Sequence record: NC_048046.1
DNA: 64,000 nucleotides
Reading direction: 5' to 3' (one strand)
Below the pieces are notes generated by a model. The model was not told where the DNA came from. It was given only the letters and a program-made list of their open reading frames with translations, and ran no database searches. Below, piece by piece: positions 45,978 to 54,661 of the stretch; the first letter of the stretch is position 1; each line of letters starts with the position of its first letter. Position numbers and translations under genes: made by a program.

Positions 45978-46819
45978 TCCGACCGCCTCATAACCCTCTA
46001 TTCCAGCCGCCGGTCTGCATCATCCAGCGTGGTAAGCCCAAGTCTCAGATGCTCGCGGAAGCGATCGTCAAGGGCGCCCGTGGCGGCAAGATCATGGTCG
46101 CGCCGCATGTGAGCGATTTGCCGGCTGGACATGTCCCGGTCGTGATCGGGGCGCACCCCACGACCATCGAGACGCTGCGAGCGCTCCACTACAACGGGCA
46201 CCCCTACGTCTACGTGGATAACGGCTACTTCCATCCGTACAAGAGCGGCGGCTATTTCCGCGCCACCTGCAATGCGCTCCAATGGGTCGATCGCTGGCCC
46301 TACGATCGCGCCGAGGCGCGAAACCGCTGGGAAAGTCACAAGCTGAAGGTCGCGCCCTGGCGGGAAGAAGGCGACCATGTGCTGATCGCCCTTCAGACTC
46401 CGACTTGGTATCAGATGATGGGCGTCGATCAGGACGCCTGGGTGCGCGATGTCCTGGAGCGTCTGACGCCGTGGACGAAGCGTAAGATCATCGTCCGCCA
46501 GAAGCCGCTCAAGGGCATCCAGGTCCCTCCTCTGGAGGAAGAACTGAAGAACGCCTGGGCGGTGGTCGCCTATTCCTCGAACGTCATGCTCGACGCATCC
46601 CTTCAGGGCATCGCTGTCTTCCCGCAGCGGTCGTGCGCCGCGCAAGCCCTGGGCACCGGACAGCTATCGCGTATCGAGGAGCCTCGCCGGGTGTTCGACC
46701 GCGAAGGCGTCTATGAAGAACTCGCAGCAGCGCAGTGGACCGTCCCCGAGATGGAATCCGGGAAGATGTGGAACGACCTGCGCTGCCAGTACCAGCCTGA
46801 ATTTGGACGTCTTGCATGA
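45974..46819 (+). CDS. KpsC/KpsS-like GT-B glycosyltransferase, paralog
   Basis: DNGYF and VVAYSSNVMLDASLQGIAV motifs. Confidence 0.6.
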   Translation: MIRPPHNPLFQPPVCIIQRGKPKSQMLAEAIVKGARGGKIMVAPHVSDLPAGHVPVVIGAHPTTIETLRALHYNGHPYVYVDNGYFHPYKSGGYFRATCNALQWVDRWPYDRAEARNRWESHKLKVAPWREEGDHVLIALQTPTWYQMMGVDQDAWVRDVLERLTPWTKRKIIVRQKPLKGIQVPPLEEELKNAWAVVAYSSNVMLDASLQGIAVFPQRSCAAQALGTGQLSRIEEPRRVFDREGVYEELAAAQWTVPEMESGKMWNDLRCQYQPEFGRLA

Positions 46820-47601
46820 CCCTTCACGTCTTCGTCGGCTACGACATTCGCGAGCACGCCGCCTGGATGGTGTGCCGCGACAGTCTGCTCAATCCGATCG
46901 CCTACGAAGGCGACGCGCCGCTGGATGTCCAGGTCCATCCTGTCTCCCACCGTGAACTGCGCCGCGCCGGCGTCTTCGATCGTCCCTGGCGAATCGACGA
47001 GAAGGGTCAGACCTGGGACGAGCGAGACGGCCGCCCGTTCTCGACCGAGTTCAGTCACTCGCGTTTTCTGGTCCCGTCTCTGGCGCAAGCGATGGGTTTG
47101 ACCGGGCAAGTCGTCTTCGTCGACTGCGATTTCATGTTCATGCACTCGGTGGTCGACATGGTCGATGCGCTCGATCCGACCAAGCTGGTGTCAGTGGTCA
47201 AGCATGACTTCGAGCGGATCGCGGCCGGCACGAAGATGGATGGCATGTCCCAGAGCCGCTACTATCGCAAGCTCTGGTCGAGCCTGATGGTGTTCAACCT
47301 CGATCACGAGGATGCACACCTCTTCCATCCGCACTACGCCAACACCTGGGACGGGTCCAGCCTGCACGGCTTCCAGCCTCTGACGGATGCTGAGATCGGC
47401 GACATCCCCAGCGAGTGGAACCACATCCCCGGCCATTCCTCGGCGAACGAAGTCCCGTCTGCGATCCACTGGTCTTTCGGCGGTCCCTGGATGCCGGCCT
47501 ACGAAAAGGCAGCATGGGCGCCGCTGTGGCGCGCTCGCTACGTCCAGGTGATGCAGGATGCCTTGACCGACGATATCTCCACCACTTTCCCGATCCTGTG
47601 A
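46816..47601 (+). CDS. GT-A fold glycosyltransferase (GT8-like)
   Basis: FVGYD, STEFSHSRFLVP, DxD (FVDCD), RKLWSS, EWNH. Confidence 0.8.
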   Translation: MTLHVFVGYDIREHAAWMVCRDSLLNPIAYEGDAPLDVQVHPVSHRELRRAGVFDRPWRIDEKGQTWDERDGRPFSTEFSHSRFLVPSLAQAMGLTGQVVFVDCDFMFMHSVVDMVDALDPTKLVSVVKHDFERIAAGTKMDGMSQSRYYRKLWSSLMVFNLDHEDAHLFHPHYANTWDGSSLHGFQPLTDAEIGDIPSEWNHIPGHSSANEVPSAIHWSFGGPWMPAYEKAAWAPLWRARYVQVMQDALTDDISTTFPIL

Positions 47602-47603
47602 CC

Positions 47604-48110
47604 ATGCTGATCAGTACCCAATATCAGGCGCTCAATGCGCAACTCCACGCGGACATCGCGACCTACGGCGCCGGCGGCTGGCAGTGGATCGGTCCTGCCC
47701 TGAAGTTCGCTGAGCATCTGGGCGTCCGCACCATCCTCGACTATGGCTGTGGCAAGGCGAGCTTCGGCGAATGGACGCCGGGCGATTATGTCGTGCTCCC
47801 CTATGATCCGGTGACCTATCCCGGTGAGCGTCCGGCTTGCGGCATGGTCGTCTGTCTCGACGTCATGGAACACATCGAGCCGGATTGTCTGGATTCGGTC
47901 CTGCGCCACATCCGCTCGAAGGCTGAACGCGGCGCTTTCTTCGTGATCGCGATGCGGCCGGCTCAGAAGACGCTGGCCGATGGGCGCAACGCCCACCTGA
48001 TCGTGGAGGACGCGAAGTTCTGGATCAACAAGCTCCACGAGCACTTCACGTCTACCGAAATCGTCAACATCGGCCGCCCCGATGAACTGGTCGTGCGTGC
48101 GAAGGTCTGA
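47604..48110 (+). CDS. Class I SAM-dependent methyltransferase
   Basis: ILDYGCGK; DVMEHI. Confidence 0.85.
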   Translation: MLISTQYQALNAQLHADIATYGAGGWQWIGPALKFAEHLGVRTILDYGCGKASFGEWTPGDYVVLPYDPVTYPGERPACGMVVCLDVMEHIEPDCLDSVLRHIRSKAERGAFFVIAMRPAQKTLADGRNAHLIVEDAKFWINKLHEHFTSTEIVNIGRPDELVVRAKV

Positions 48111-48112
48111 GT

Positions 48113-48988
48113 ATGGGTTACGGCGACAAGTTGATGGCGATCGGCGACGCCTGGGCGATGCACCAGCGCGATCCGATGAAGCGGAAGGTGGCGATCGGTG
48201 ATGGCCGCAACATCGATAAGACGGACCTCAATCTGACTTGGGGCCTGGAGCATTTTCTAGCGACTCAGGAAGAGGTCGACGCTGGGTATCCGATCAATTG
48301 GGTCATCAGCTACCCAGGCAATCGCCCCTACATCGACTACGGCGCCGTGCGCTCAGCGCTGGTCAACCAAGGCATTCGGCTCATCAAGCCGCGCAAGATG
48401 ATCGGAAAGCTGGGGCGCTACATCTTCGATCTCTCGTATCGTCCGCGCCCGGCTCCGATCAAGCTAACGCCCGAGGAAGAAGCCATCGCCGCCGAATGGG
48501 CCGCCAAGGGTCCGTTCGTACTGATCGAAGGCTTCACCAAGGCACGCGCCTCGCCGAACAAGCAGTGGCCCGTGGATCGATTCCGCGAAGTCGCCCGCAC
48601 GCTGAAGCGGGAAATCCCGGTCTATCAGATCGGTGCGGCCGGCACGATGCCGCTGCTGCCGAGCTTGCCGCAAATCCGCCCCGAGAGCTTCCGCCAGTCT
48701 CTGGCATACCTGAAGGCGGCTTCGCTCTACATCGGCCCCGAGGGCGGATTGCATCACGGCTCTCGTGCGATGAACACGCGTGCGGTGGTGATCTATGGCG
48801 GGTTCACGTCCCCTCTCATCACGGGGTACCCCGACCTGCACATCAATTTGACCGGGGACAACGAGGGCCGCGCCTGCGGTTCGAAGAACGAGTGCATGCA
48901 CTGTACCAAGGCGCTCCAGAGCATCTCGGCTGGAGAAGTCCTGGCGCACGCTCGTCGGCAACTGGAGAAGGTCCATGCTGGACTCTAA
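48113..48988 (+). CDS. GT9 (heptosyltransferase-like) glycosyltransferase
   Basis: GYGD, NKQWP, YIGPEGGLHH motifs. Confidence 0.8.
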   Translation: MGYGDKLMAIGDAWAMHQRDPMKRKVAIGDGRNIDKTDLNLTWGLEHFLATQEEVDAGYPINWVISYPGNRPYIDYGAVRSALVNQGIRLIKPRKMIGKLGRYIFDLSYRPRPAPIKLTPEEEAIAAEWAAKGPFVLIEGFTKARASPNKQWPVDRFREVARTLKREIPVYQIGAAGTMPLLPSLPQIRPESFRQSLAYLKAASLYIGPEGGLHHGSRAMNTRAVVIYGGFTSPLITGYPDLHINLTGDNEGRACGSKNECMHCTKALQSISAGEVLAHARRQLEKVHAGL

Positions 48989-49238
48989 GCCGGGCTATCA
49001 CGTCGCTGAAATCCCCAAGGGCGTCCTGGGCGAACCGTCCAAGATCGCCGAAGAACACGCCGAGTTCCAGGACGCGGTCTCTCAGGGCATCAAGATCATG
49101 GCCCTGGTCGAACTGGCGGACCTCTACGGCGCCATCAAGAAGTACCTCGAAAAGCACCATCCCGGCGTCACCTTCGACGACCTGGACGCCATGAGCTTCG
49201 TCACCGAAAGGGCATTCATCAATGGCCGCCGCGCTTAA
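48975..49238 (+). CDS. Small protein, possibly MazG-like NTP pyrophosphohydrolase
   Basis: KIAEEHAEF...ELADL acidic pattern. Confidence 0.5.
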   Translation: MLDSKPGYHVAEIPKGVLGEPSKIAEEHAEFQDAVSQGIKIMALVELADLYGAIKKYLEKHHPGVTFDDLDAMSFVTERAFINGRRA

Positions 49239-50076
49239 TTGGCGGGATTTCCCCGTCGCCGACTGTGAGTTCAGTGTCAAAGCGCTGAACGCGATCTGGA
49301 ACGATCACGGACCGAACGCCACCCTGGGCATGCTCGCCTCCAAGACCGATGAGGAACTGGTGCGCTCAGCCCACATCGGACGCAAAACGCTGAAGGAAAT
49401 CCGATCCATGATCGACTACATCTCGCAGCAACACCCCGATCCGGCACCGCAACGTCCGATCTTCATCCCGCACGCGACTATCGACTGGTCGTTGCTGGCG
49501 CGCGCCGTGGACTTCTATCAGGCCCAGGGCTTCAAGTACGTCGAGATGCCCTGGGCGGTCAGCCGCGAGAGTGTCGCGATCACCTGTCCGAAGCCGGAGT
49601 TCACCGCTGAGGTCGACGGTCTGGGCAGCCTCGTGGGGTCGGCCGAGCAGTCGTTCCTGCACATGGACCTCGCCGGCAAGTTGGGTAAGGGGCGCTTCTG
49701 CGCCCTGACGCCGTGCTTCCGGCTGGGCGACTACGAGGACGATCTGCATCACCCCTACTTCATGAAGGTCGAACTCTACGCCAATAACGCCGAGGGCATT
49801 TCGGTGATGATGGGGGACGAGGAGGTGGCTCCGCCCGAAGCGCGTGCTATGATGTCGCTCCTCCACATGATGAGCATCGTCGGCCAGTTCAATCGTTCGG
49901 AGTTGACTGCCGAGGAACTCGCGAATGTCCATGGCGTCCAGACGGCCGAAGGCTACGACATCGAACTGAACGGTATCGAGATCGGCAGCTACGGCGTCCG
50001 CCAGCATGGCGACCACACCTGGGTCTACGGCACCGGTGTCGCCGAGCCGCGCTTCTCGCAAGCCCGCCGCGCCTAG
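49222..50076 (+). CDS. RNAP alphaCTD-like domain fused to a class II aminoacyl-tRNA synthetase-like catalytic domain
   Basis: N-terminal FSVKALN...SKTDEELVRSAHIGRKTLKEI; C-terminal GFKYVEMP (motif 1), CFR..HHPYFMKVE (motif 2), GTGVAEPR (motif 3). Confidence 0.72.
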   Translation: MAAALNWRDFPVADCEFSVKALNAIWNDHGPNATLGMLASKTDEELVRSAHIGRKTLKEIRSMIDYISQQHPDPAPQRPIFIPHATIDWSLLARAVDFYQAQGFKYVEMPWAVSRESVAITCPKPEFTAEVDGLGSLVGSAEQSFLHMDLAGKLGKGRFCALTPCFRLGDYEDDLHHPYFMKVELYANNAEGISVMMGDEEVAPPEARAMMSLLHMMSIVGQFNRSELTAEELANVHGVQTAEGYDIELNGIEIGSYGVRQHGDHTWVYGTGVAEPRFSQARRA

Positions 50077-50152
50077 CCGATTTCTTGACCGCTGTCAACA
50101 ATGCTGGCAGGATGCCGTTAACCAAACTGGCATCTTGCTGAGCCTCTCTGAC

Positions 50153-50764
50153 ATGCAAATTTCCGCCGAGGGGCTGAAGATCATTCAGTCCGCCGAAAAG
50201 TTCGAGCCCAAGTTCTACTACGAGAACGCCCACATCGCCACGGTCGGCTGGGGGCACGCGCTCACGACGCCCGCCGGTCAACTGATCGACTACGATGTCT
50301 TCGGGCGTCCGAAGGCCGACCAACTGGCGCGCGAGGCCATGCAGCGGATGTTCGGTAAGCAGGAGATCACCGTCGCTGAAGCCGACGCGCTCCTGACGAA
50401 GGACTTGGCCCGCTTCGTTGCGGCCGTCAACGCCGTTGCGGACGACAAGACCTACCAGTGCGAGTTCGACGCCATGGTTTCCATGGCCTTCAACATCGGC
50501 ACCGCCGGCTTCGCGAGTTCGGCCGTCGCCCGTCTACACAAGGCCGGGACCCGCAAGGTCGGTCAGGTCTCGATGAGCGCGCTGTCGGCCGCCGCGAAGA
50601 ACAAGGCCTCGCCGACGGACATCAAGATCGCCTTCGTGCGCTGGTCCAACGTCAACGGAGCCTATTCGCTGGGCTTGTTCCGCCGCCGTCTCGCTGAGGT
50701 CATGGTCTACGGCGGCATGAAGGCTGCCGATGCCCTGAAGACCGCCTGGAGTTTCAAGGGCTAA
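50153..50764 (+). CDS. GH24 lysozyme-family endolysin
   Basis: ISAEGLKII..E...TVGWGH and EFDAMVSMAFNIG. Confidence 0.88.
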   Translation: MQISAEGLKIIQSAEKFEPKFYYENAHIATVGWGHALTTPAGQLIDYDVFGRPKADQLAREAMQRMFGKQEITVAEADALLTKDLARFVAAVNAVADDKTYQCEFDAMVSMAFNIGTAGFASSAVARLHKAGTRKVGQVSMSALSAAAKNKASPTDIKIAFVRWSNVNGAYSLGLFRRRLAEVMVYGGMKAADALKTAWSFKG

Positions 50765-51234
50765 TGCAGATGCCGGCAATGCCCAACATGGCTCAGGCGC
50801 AAGGGTTCGCGCAGCGCTTCGCCAATTGGGCGGGCTCCACTGTAAAGACGCTTTGCGATCGTCCTGATCATCTTCAGCGCCTCGCCATCATCGGCGCTGG
50901 CATGGTGGTTCAGTTGACGATGTGGGCGGTCATCCTCATCGTCTGGCTCGGCTATGACCGCACGCCTGAACTCCAGTCGCAGTCGCTTAATTTCATGGGC
51001 TGGGCGCTGATGGGCTCCATGGCTCTGTGGGGCCTAGTTGTCGTCACGCTGCTGGGCACGATCAAGGGCCTCTCGATCGCGGGGCCGGGCGGCTTCGGCA
51101 TCAATCTGCTGACCACGGCTGACGACCCTGATGTCGATCCCAACACGCCGCGCGGTCATGATCATGGCGGCTGGCGCGGAGGGGGCGGGGGGCCGCCGGC
51201 CGACGGCGGGAAGCAAATCCAGGTGACCGAATAG
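50764..51234 (+). CDS. Holin-like membrane protein
   Basis: Two hydrophobic helices; directly after the endolysin. Confidence 0.55.
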   Translation: MQMPAMPNMAQAQGFAQRFANWAGSTVKTLCDRPDHLQRLAIIGAGMVVQLTMWAVILIVWLGYDRTPELQSQSLNFMGWALMGSMALWGLVVVTLLGTIKGLSIAGPGGFGINLLTTADDPDVDPNTPRGHDHGGWRGGGGGPPADGGKQIQVTE

Positions 51235-51735
51235 ATGTTCTCGATCCTTCTCCACATGCTTATCTCGCCGGCGACCCTCTGGGGCGTCGGCGGCCTCGCG
51301 CTGATCGCGGTGGCGCTCTACTTCCTCGCTGGCCCGGTCTTCCTCTGGAAGCTCGCTTCGGACATCCGCACTTGGTTCGCGATCGCGGCCGTGCTGGCGG
51401 TCCTGGCTTTTGCTCACAATGAGAAGCAGAACAGCGACCTGAAGGCGCAGATCGCCCAGGCGGGGGAGCAGAAGACCGCTGATAAGGACGCCCAGAAGAC
51501 TACCGAACTGCGCGTCAAGCAGAAGACGGCCCGCGCGTCCCAGACGCAGCGCTACCAAGCCGCCATCACCAACGCCACCCCCGGAACTGAAGTGGACACC
51601 CTTCTCGATGCAATCGCCGCTGACCAAGCCCCTGTCGTCCGTACTGCGCCGCCTGTCCAAGGCCCTGTTCCTGGCCCCGCTCCTGGTGGTGGTGACGGGC
51701 TGCGCAAGCACCCCGACGTCACTGTTGTCCCCTGA
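51235..51735 (+). CDS. Inner-membrane spanin (Rz-like)
   Basis: N-terminal TM helices plus a coiled coil; overlaps the lipoprotein gene. Confidence 0.7.
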   Translation: MFSILLHMLISPATLWGVGGLALIAVALYFLAGPVFLWKLASDIRTWFAIAAVLAVLAFAHNEKQNSDLKAQIAQAGEQKTADKDAQKTTELRVKQKTARASQTQRYQAAITNATPGTEVDTLLDAIAADQAPVVRTAPPVQGPVPGPAPGGGDGLRKHPDVTVVP

Positions 51736-51988
51736 CAGCCTCTACCCGGAGTCGATCACGTCCTGCGCCCCTGAGCCTGACGTGCCGGCGCGTCCGGCAC
51801 CCAACGTCGCGCGCCCGGAGCCGGTGAAGGCGACCTACGTCAACGACCTGCGGGCTGCCGGCGCAGATTGCCGCGATACGGTCGGGGCCACGGCCCAGCG
51901 CAAGGCAGACTACAAGAAGCAGTACGACGCCGCCACGGCGCCGGCCTGGAAGAAGCTCTTCAAGTTCGGCAAGAAGGACTAGGACCAT
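51608..51988 (+). CDS. Outer-membrane spanin (Rz1-like lipoprotein)
   Basis: Lipobox VTGC, Pro-rich, overlaps the Rz-like 3' end. Confidence 0.7.
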
Positions 51989-52133
51989 GAAGACTGAAGG
52001 TTATCGAGAAATCGACACCGGTTGGATCGGCGATGGCGGCTCGGCCGGTATCGGCGATGGAGGTACGGGCTGCATCGGTGACGGCGGCACCAAGATTTAG
52101 TCCCCGGTCTGAGTCGACTCCTCGACGGAAATC

Positions 52134-52162
52134 TTGACAGATCGCCGTTCGTTCATCATAAT
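52134..52162 (+). promoter_or_regulatory. Sigma70-type promoter
   Basis: TTGACA-N17-CATAAT. Confidence 0.75.
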
Positions 52163-52175
52163 GCGCGTCTCTTGA

Positions 52176-52209
52176 AAAGCTCGCCTCTAATCGGGGCGGG
52201 CTTTCTTTT
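52176..52209 (+). terminator. Terminator-like hairpin
   Basis: aaagctcgcctc-taatc-ggggcgggcttt followed by ctttt. Confidence 0.7.
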
Positions 52210-52217
52210 GCCTTAGA

Positions 52218-52533
52218 TGGCATGGCCCCGTGGAAGCGGGCCAAAGCGGTAGGCGCGGCCTGGGAAACCTCGCACGCACCACACGCTGTCCCGGCTGGAA
52301 AGCCGGCTTATAGCAGGAGGGTCGCCCAGCGCCTCTCCACCCCTGGGACGTTACAGCTACGGCTCTGGCGTCGTCATTGTGAGGTGAGAACTCCTTCCTC
52401 ACACACGCTGGGACGCCGGCGTAAAGTACGAGGGCAAAAGGGACGTCCATGTTGGCGTCCACCCGTCGGAAGAGATGCGGGAGATCGGTCGACTTGTCGG
52501 CCGACTGAAAACCGAGGACCCCGCCACAATGAC
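52218..52533 (+). ncRNA. Candidate structured ncRNA of unknown family
   Basis: No credible ORF; many hairpins with purine-rich loops; two crossing long-range helices. Confidence 0.5.
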
Positions 52534-52534
52534 A

Positions 52535-52569
52535 AAGGCCCGCCGGAGTGATCCGGCGGGCCTTCCTTT
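52535..52569. terminator. Bidirectional terminator downstream of the TROVE gene
   Basis: aaggcccgccgga-gtga-tccggcgggcctt, T-runs on both strands. Confidence 0.85.
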
Positions 52570-52589
52570 AATCGGCTTCCGGCGCCCGC

Positions 52590-53999
52590 TTAGTCGCGGA
52601 CACCCTCCGGCAGAAGCGCCTCGCCGATGACGCCGGCCGCTTCGGCTTCATGGATGAAGCGCAGGACCGATTCCGAGAAGCCGTCGATGTGCGTCCACTT
52701 GCCGTAGCCCACGCCGTTCTTGTTCGAAGCGACGTTGATCACGTACGAGTGCTTTGCCTTCGGCGCCGGCATGCTGCCGCCGCCCAGCATGTGGTTGACG
52801 CTCGCGCCCGAGGCTTGCTCATCGGTGATGATGATCAGGCGATCGAACTCGAACTTCGCCTGGACAGTGGCGACGGCTTGAACGAGCGCCGTGCCACCGT
52901 AAGGCTGCGAGCGAGCGATCGCTTCGACGCCGGCCATGCCCTTGCGAGCCGGCACTTCCACCACCGAGTTCGAGAAGCTGATCACGCGCAGGTCTTCGGC
53001 CGGGATGACCGAAGCCAGGGCGCAGGCAGCATCACGACGCGTCAGATCGGACTTGGCCGACAGGCGGTCCCGCATCGAACCCGACACGTCCACCATGACC
53101 ACGGTGCGGCCCGGCAGCTTCGGCATGTCGGCGATCGACGCGATCAGCGCTTCATCCAGGGCCGGTTCGAACGACGGTGCCGCACGAGCCGCCGCGATGT
53201 AGCGGAACGGCAGGACGCGGTGCGCGCCGCCCTTGCGGGCCTTAATCGCATCGATCACCAGCTTGCGGTCGACGCCGGCCTGTTCCATGTTGCGCAGGTT
53301 GCGCAGCAGGGCGAGGTAGCCGAGCTTCTTGTCTTCCAGCAGACGGGTGAACTCCGCCTTCTTGTCACCGCCGGCCGACAGCGCGACTTCCCAGGTGTCC
53401 GGCGACTCCAGCGTCTGTTCGACCAGACCCTTGTACAGGGTTTGACGTTCGTCGTTGGCGGCCTTCGGGTGGCTCAGGAACAGCACGTCACGCAGACGCA
53501 CCTCCTTGGCGCGGTCGTACTTGGCGATCTGGTACGCGTCGAACTTCGCGAACGCCTTGGCGAGGCCCAGCTTCATTTGCTTGGACAGCGGAGCCTTGCG
53601 GGCGCCGTCGCGCGGCGGGTTGTACTTCCAGTACAGCGCCACCAGTTCCGACAGTTCGTCGGCGCGCTGGATCACGCGGGCGATCGTCTCGGAGACGAGG
53701 CCGTTGCCCGAGCCGCGCTTGGCCAGGGTGACGAGCAGCAGCAGCGGCACGTGACGCAGGTTGGCGACTTCACGGGCTTCGATGGCGATCTGAGCCAGGG
53801 TGTCGACCGGGACCTGCTCGGCCAGCTTGGCGATGCGGGTGCTGATCTCGACGCCGTCCTCGTAGGCCTCGTTCTCGAACAGGAGGCAGGACATCACCGA
53901 CCGGCGCAGCGCCTGGACGGTCGTCATGCGGGCAGCGGTCGCGCCCTCGTGCGTCTTTTCGGTGAAGGTGTTCTTGGTCGAACGGTTGGTCGATGCCAT
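52590..53999 (-). CDS. rsr: Ro60/TROVE-domain RNA-binding protein with a C-terminal vWA domain
   Basis: THEGA, LRRSVMSCLLFE, DTWEV, LGYLALLRNLRNM, LPFRY, vWA MIDAS DVSGSM and ITDEQ. Confidence 0.92.
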   Translation of the reverse strand: MASTNRSTKNTFTEKTHEGATAARMTTVQALRRSVMSCLLFENEAYEDGVEISTRIAKLAEQVPVDTLAQIAIEAREVANLRHVPLLLLVTLAKRGSGNGLVSETIARVIQRADELSELVALYWKYNPPRDGARKAPLSKQMKLGLAKAFAKFDAYQIAKYDRAKEVRLRDVLFLSHPKAANDERQTLYKGLVEQTLESPDTWEVALSAGGDKKAEFTRLLEDKKLGYLALLRNLRNMEQAGVDRKLVIDAIKARKGGAHRVLPFRYIAAARAAPSFEPALDEALIASIADMPKLPGRTVVMVDVSGSMRDRLSAKSDLTRRDAACALASVIPAEDLRVISFSNSVVEVPARKGMAGVEAIARSQPYGGTALVQAVATVQAKFEFDRLIIITDEQASGASVNHMLGGGSMPAPKAKHSYVINVASNKNGVGYGKWTHIDGFSESVLRFIHEAEAAGVIGEALLPEGVRD

Positions 54000-54038
54000 G
54001 GTCGGGTCGGCTCCTCTACTGCGTCAAAGGTTGACCGC

Positions 54039-54172
54039 AAGGTTGAGGGGGAACAAGTCGTCCACGGGGTGCGTCTACCAATTCCGCCATCCCTTTCCGA
54101 AGATCGGGAGCAGGGCTCGAACCTGCATTTCGCTTTACCGAAGTATCCGTGTACTACGCCACCCTCAACCTT
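54039..54172 (-). ncRNA. Y-RNA-like unit 1 (permuted tRNA module, T-arm before D-arm)
   Basis: Terminal stem aaggttgaggg/ccctcaacctt; UGGCGUAG core; T-arm gcagg-ttcgagc-cctgc, then D-arm tggcggaattggtagacgc. Confidence 0.85.
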
Positions 54173-54187
54173 ACGGCTGATGACTTG

Positions 54188-54349
54188 GAGAGGTTGAGGG
54201 GGAACTGGCGAGCACGGTTTCTTATTCCGGTGCGTTTGGCCACTCCGCCACATGATCCTGTTGGGGATCAAGGTGGGACTCGAACCCACGTGCCCTTTCG
54301 GACGCCGGTTCCACGAAGTATCCGCACTCTGCGCCACCCTCAACCTCTC
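54188..54349 (-). ncRNA. Y-RNA-like unit 2 (permuted class II tRNA module)
   Basis: 13-bp terminal stem; Leu-type variable arm gtccgaaagggc, T-arm, acceptor closed by ccaaca, D-arm. Confidence 0.88.
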
Positions 54350-54362
54350 GGTCGTTGGTGTC

Positions 54363-54506
54363 GAGGTAGAGGGGGAACAGTCGGCAACGCGTTTTTAGCG
54401 CTCTACCACTGAGCTACCTTGGGCTTTTGGCCCTCGGGTTGGACTCGAACCAACGACCTCTCGATTAACAGTCGAAGAACTCGTCGCCTACGCCACCCTC
54501 TACCTC
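54363..54506 (-). ncRNA. Y-RNA-like unit 3 (permuted tRNA retaining an Asn GTT anticodon hairpin)
   Basis: gaggtagaggg/ccctctacctc stem; tcga-ctGTTaa-tcga, T-arm, acceptor, D-arm tagctcagtggtagagc. Confidence 0.88.
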
Positions 54507-54508
54507 AA

Positions 54509-54648
54509 TCGGCGTGTAGGTTGACACATGGGGAACTGGCGCCGTCGGTTTAGGGGGATCGAACCCCGTGGCGCGGATTTGCGGCCGCACCATTTCAACC
54601 AGCGAAGTAGCCGAAAGCTACGCCACCATGTGTCAGCCTACACGCCGA
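54509..54648 (-). ncRNA. Y-RNA-like unit 4 (non-permuted, D-armless, Cys-like module)
   Basis: About 22-bp terminal stem; gcgg-ccGCAaat-ccgc, then T-arm gggg-ttcgatc-cccc. Confidence 0.8.
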
Positions 54649-54661
54649 CACCCCGATCATT

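Noticed and set aside
52243-52287. Group II intron domain V-like hairpin (AGC...GAAA...AC bulge)
   Set aside because: Helix lengths do not match the 34-nt domain V, and there is no domain VI, 5' GUGYG or RT ORF. Kept only as part of the unknown structured RNA.
52290-52316. RNase P-like CGGCUUAU motif
   Set aside because: Isolated match in the wrong position; the GAGGAAAGUCC element is absent.
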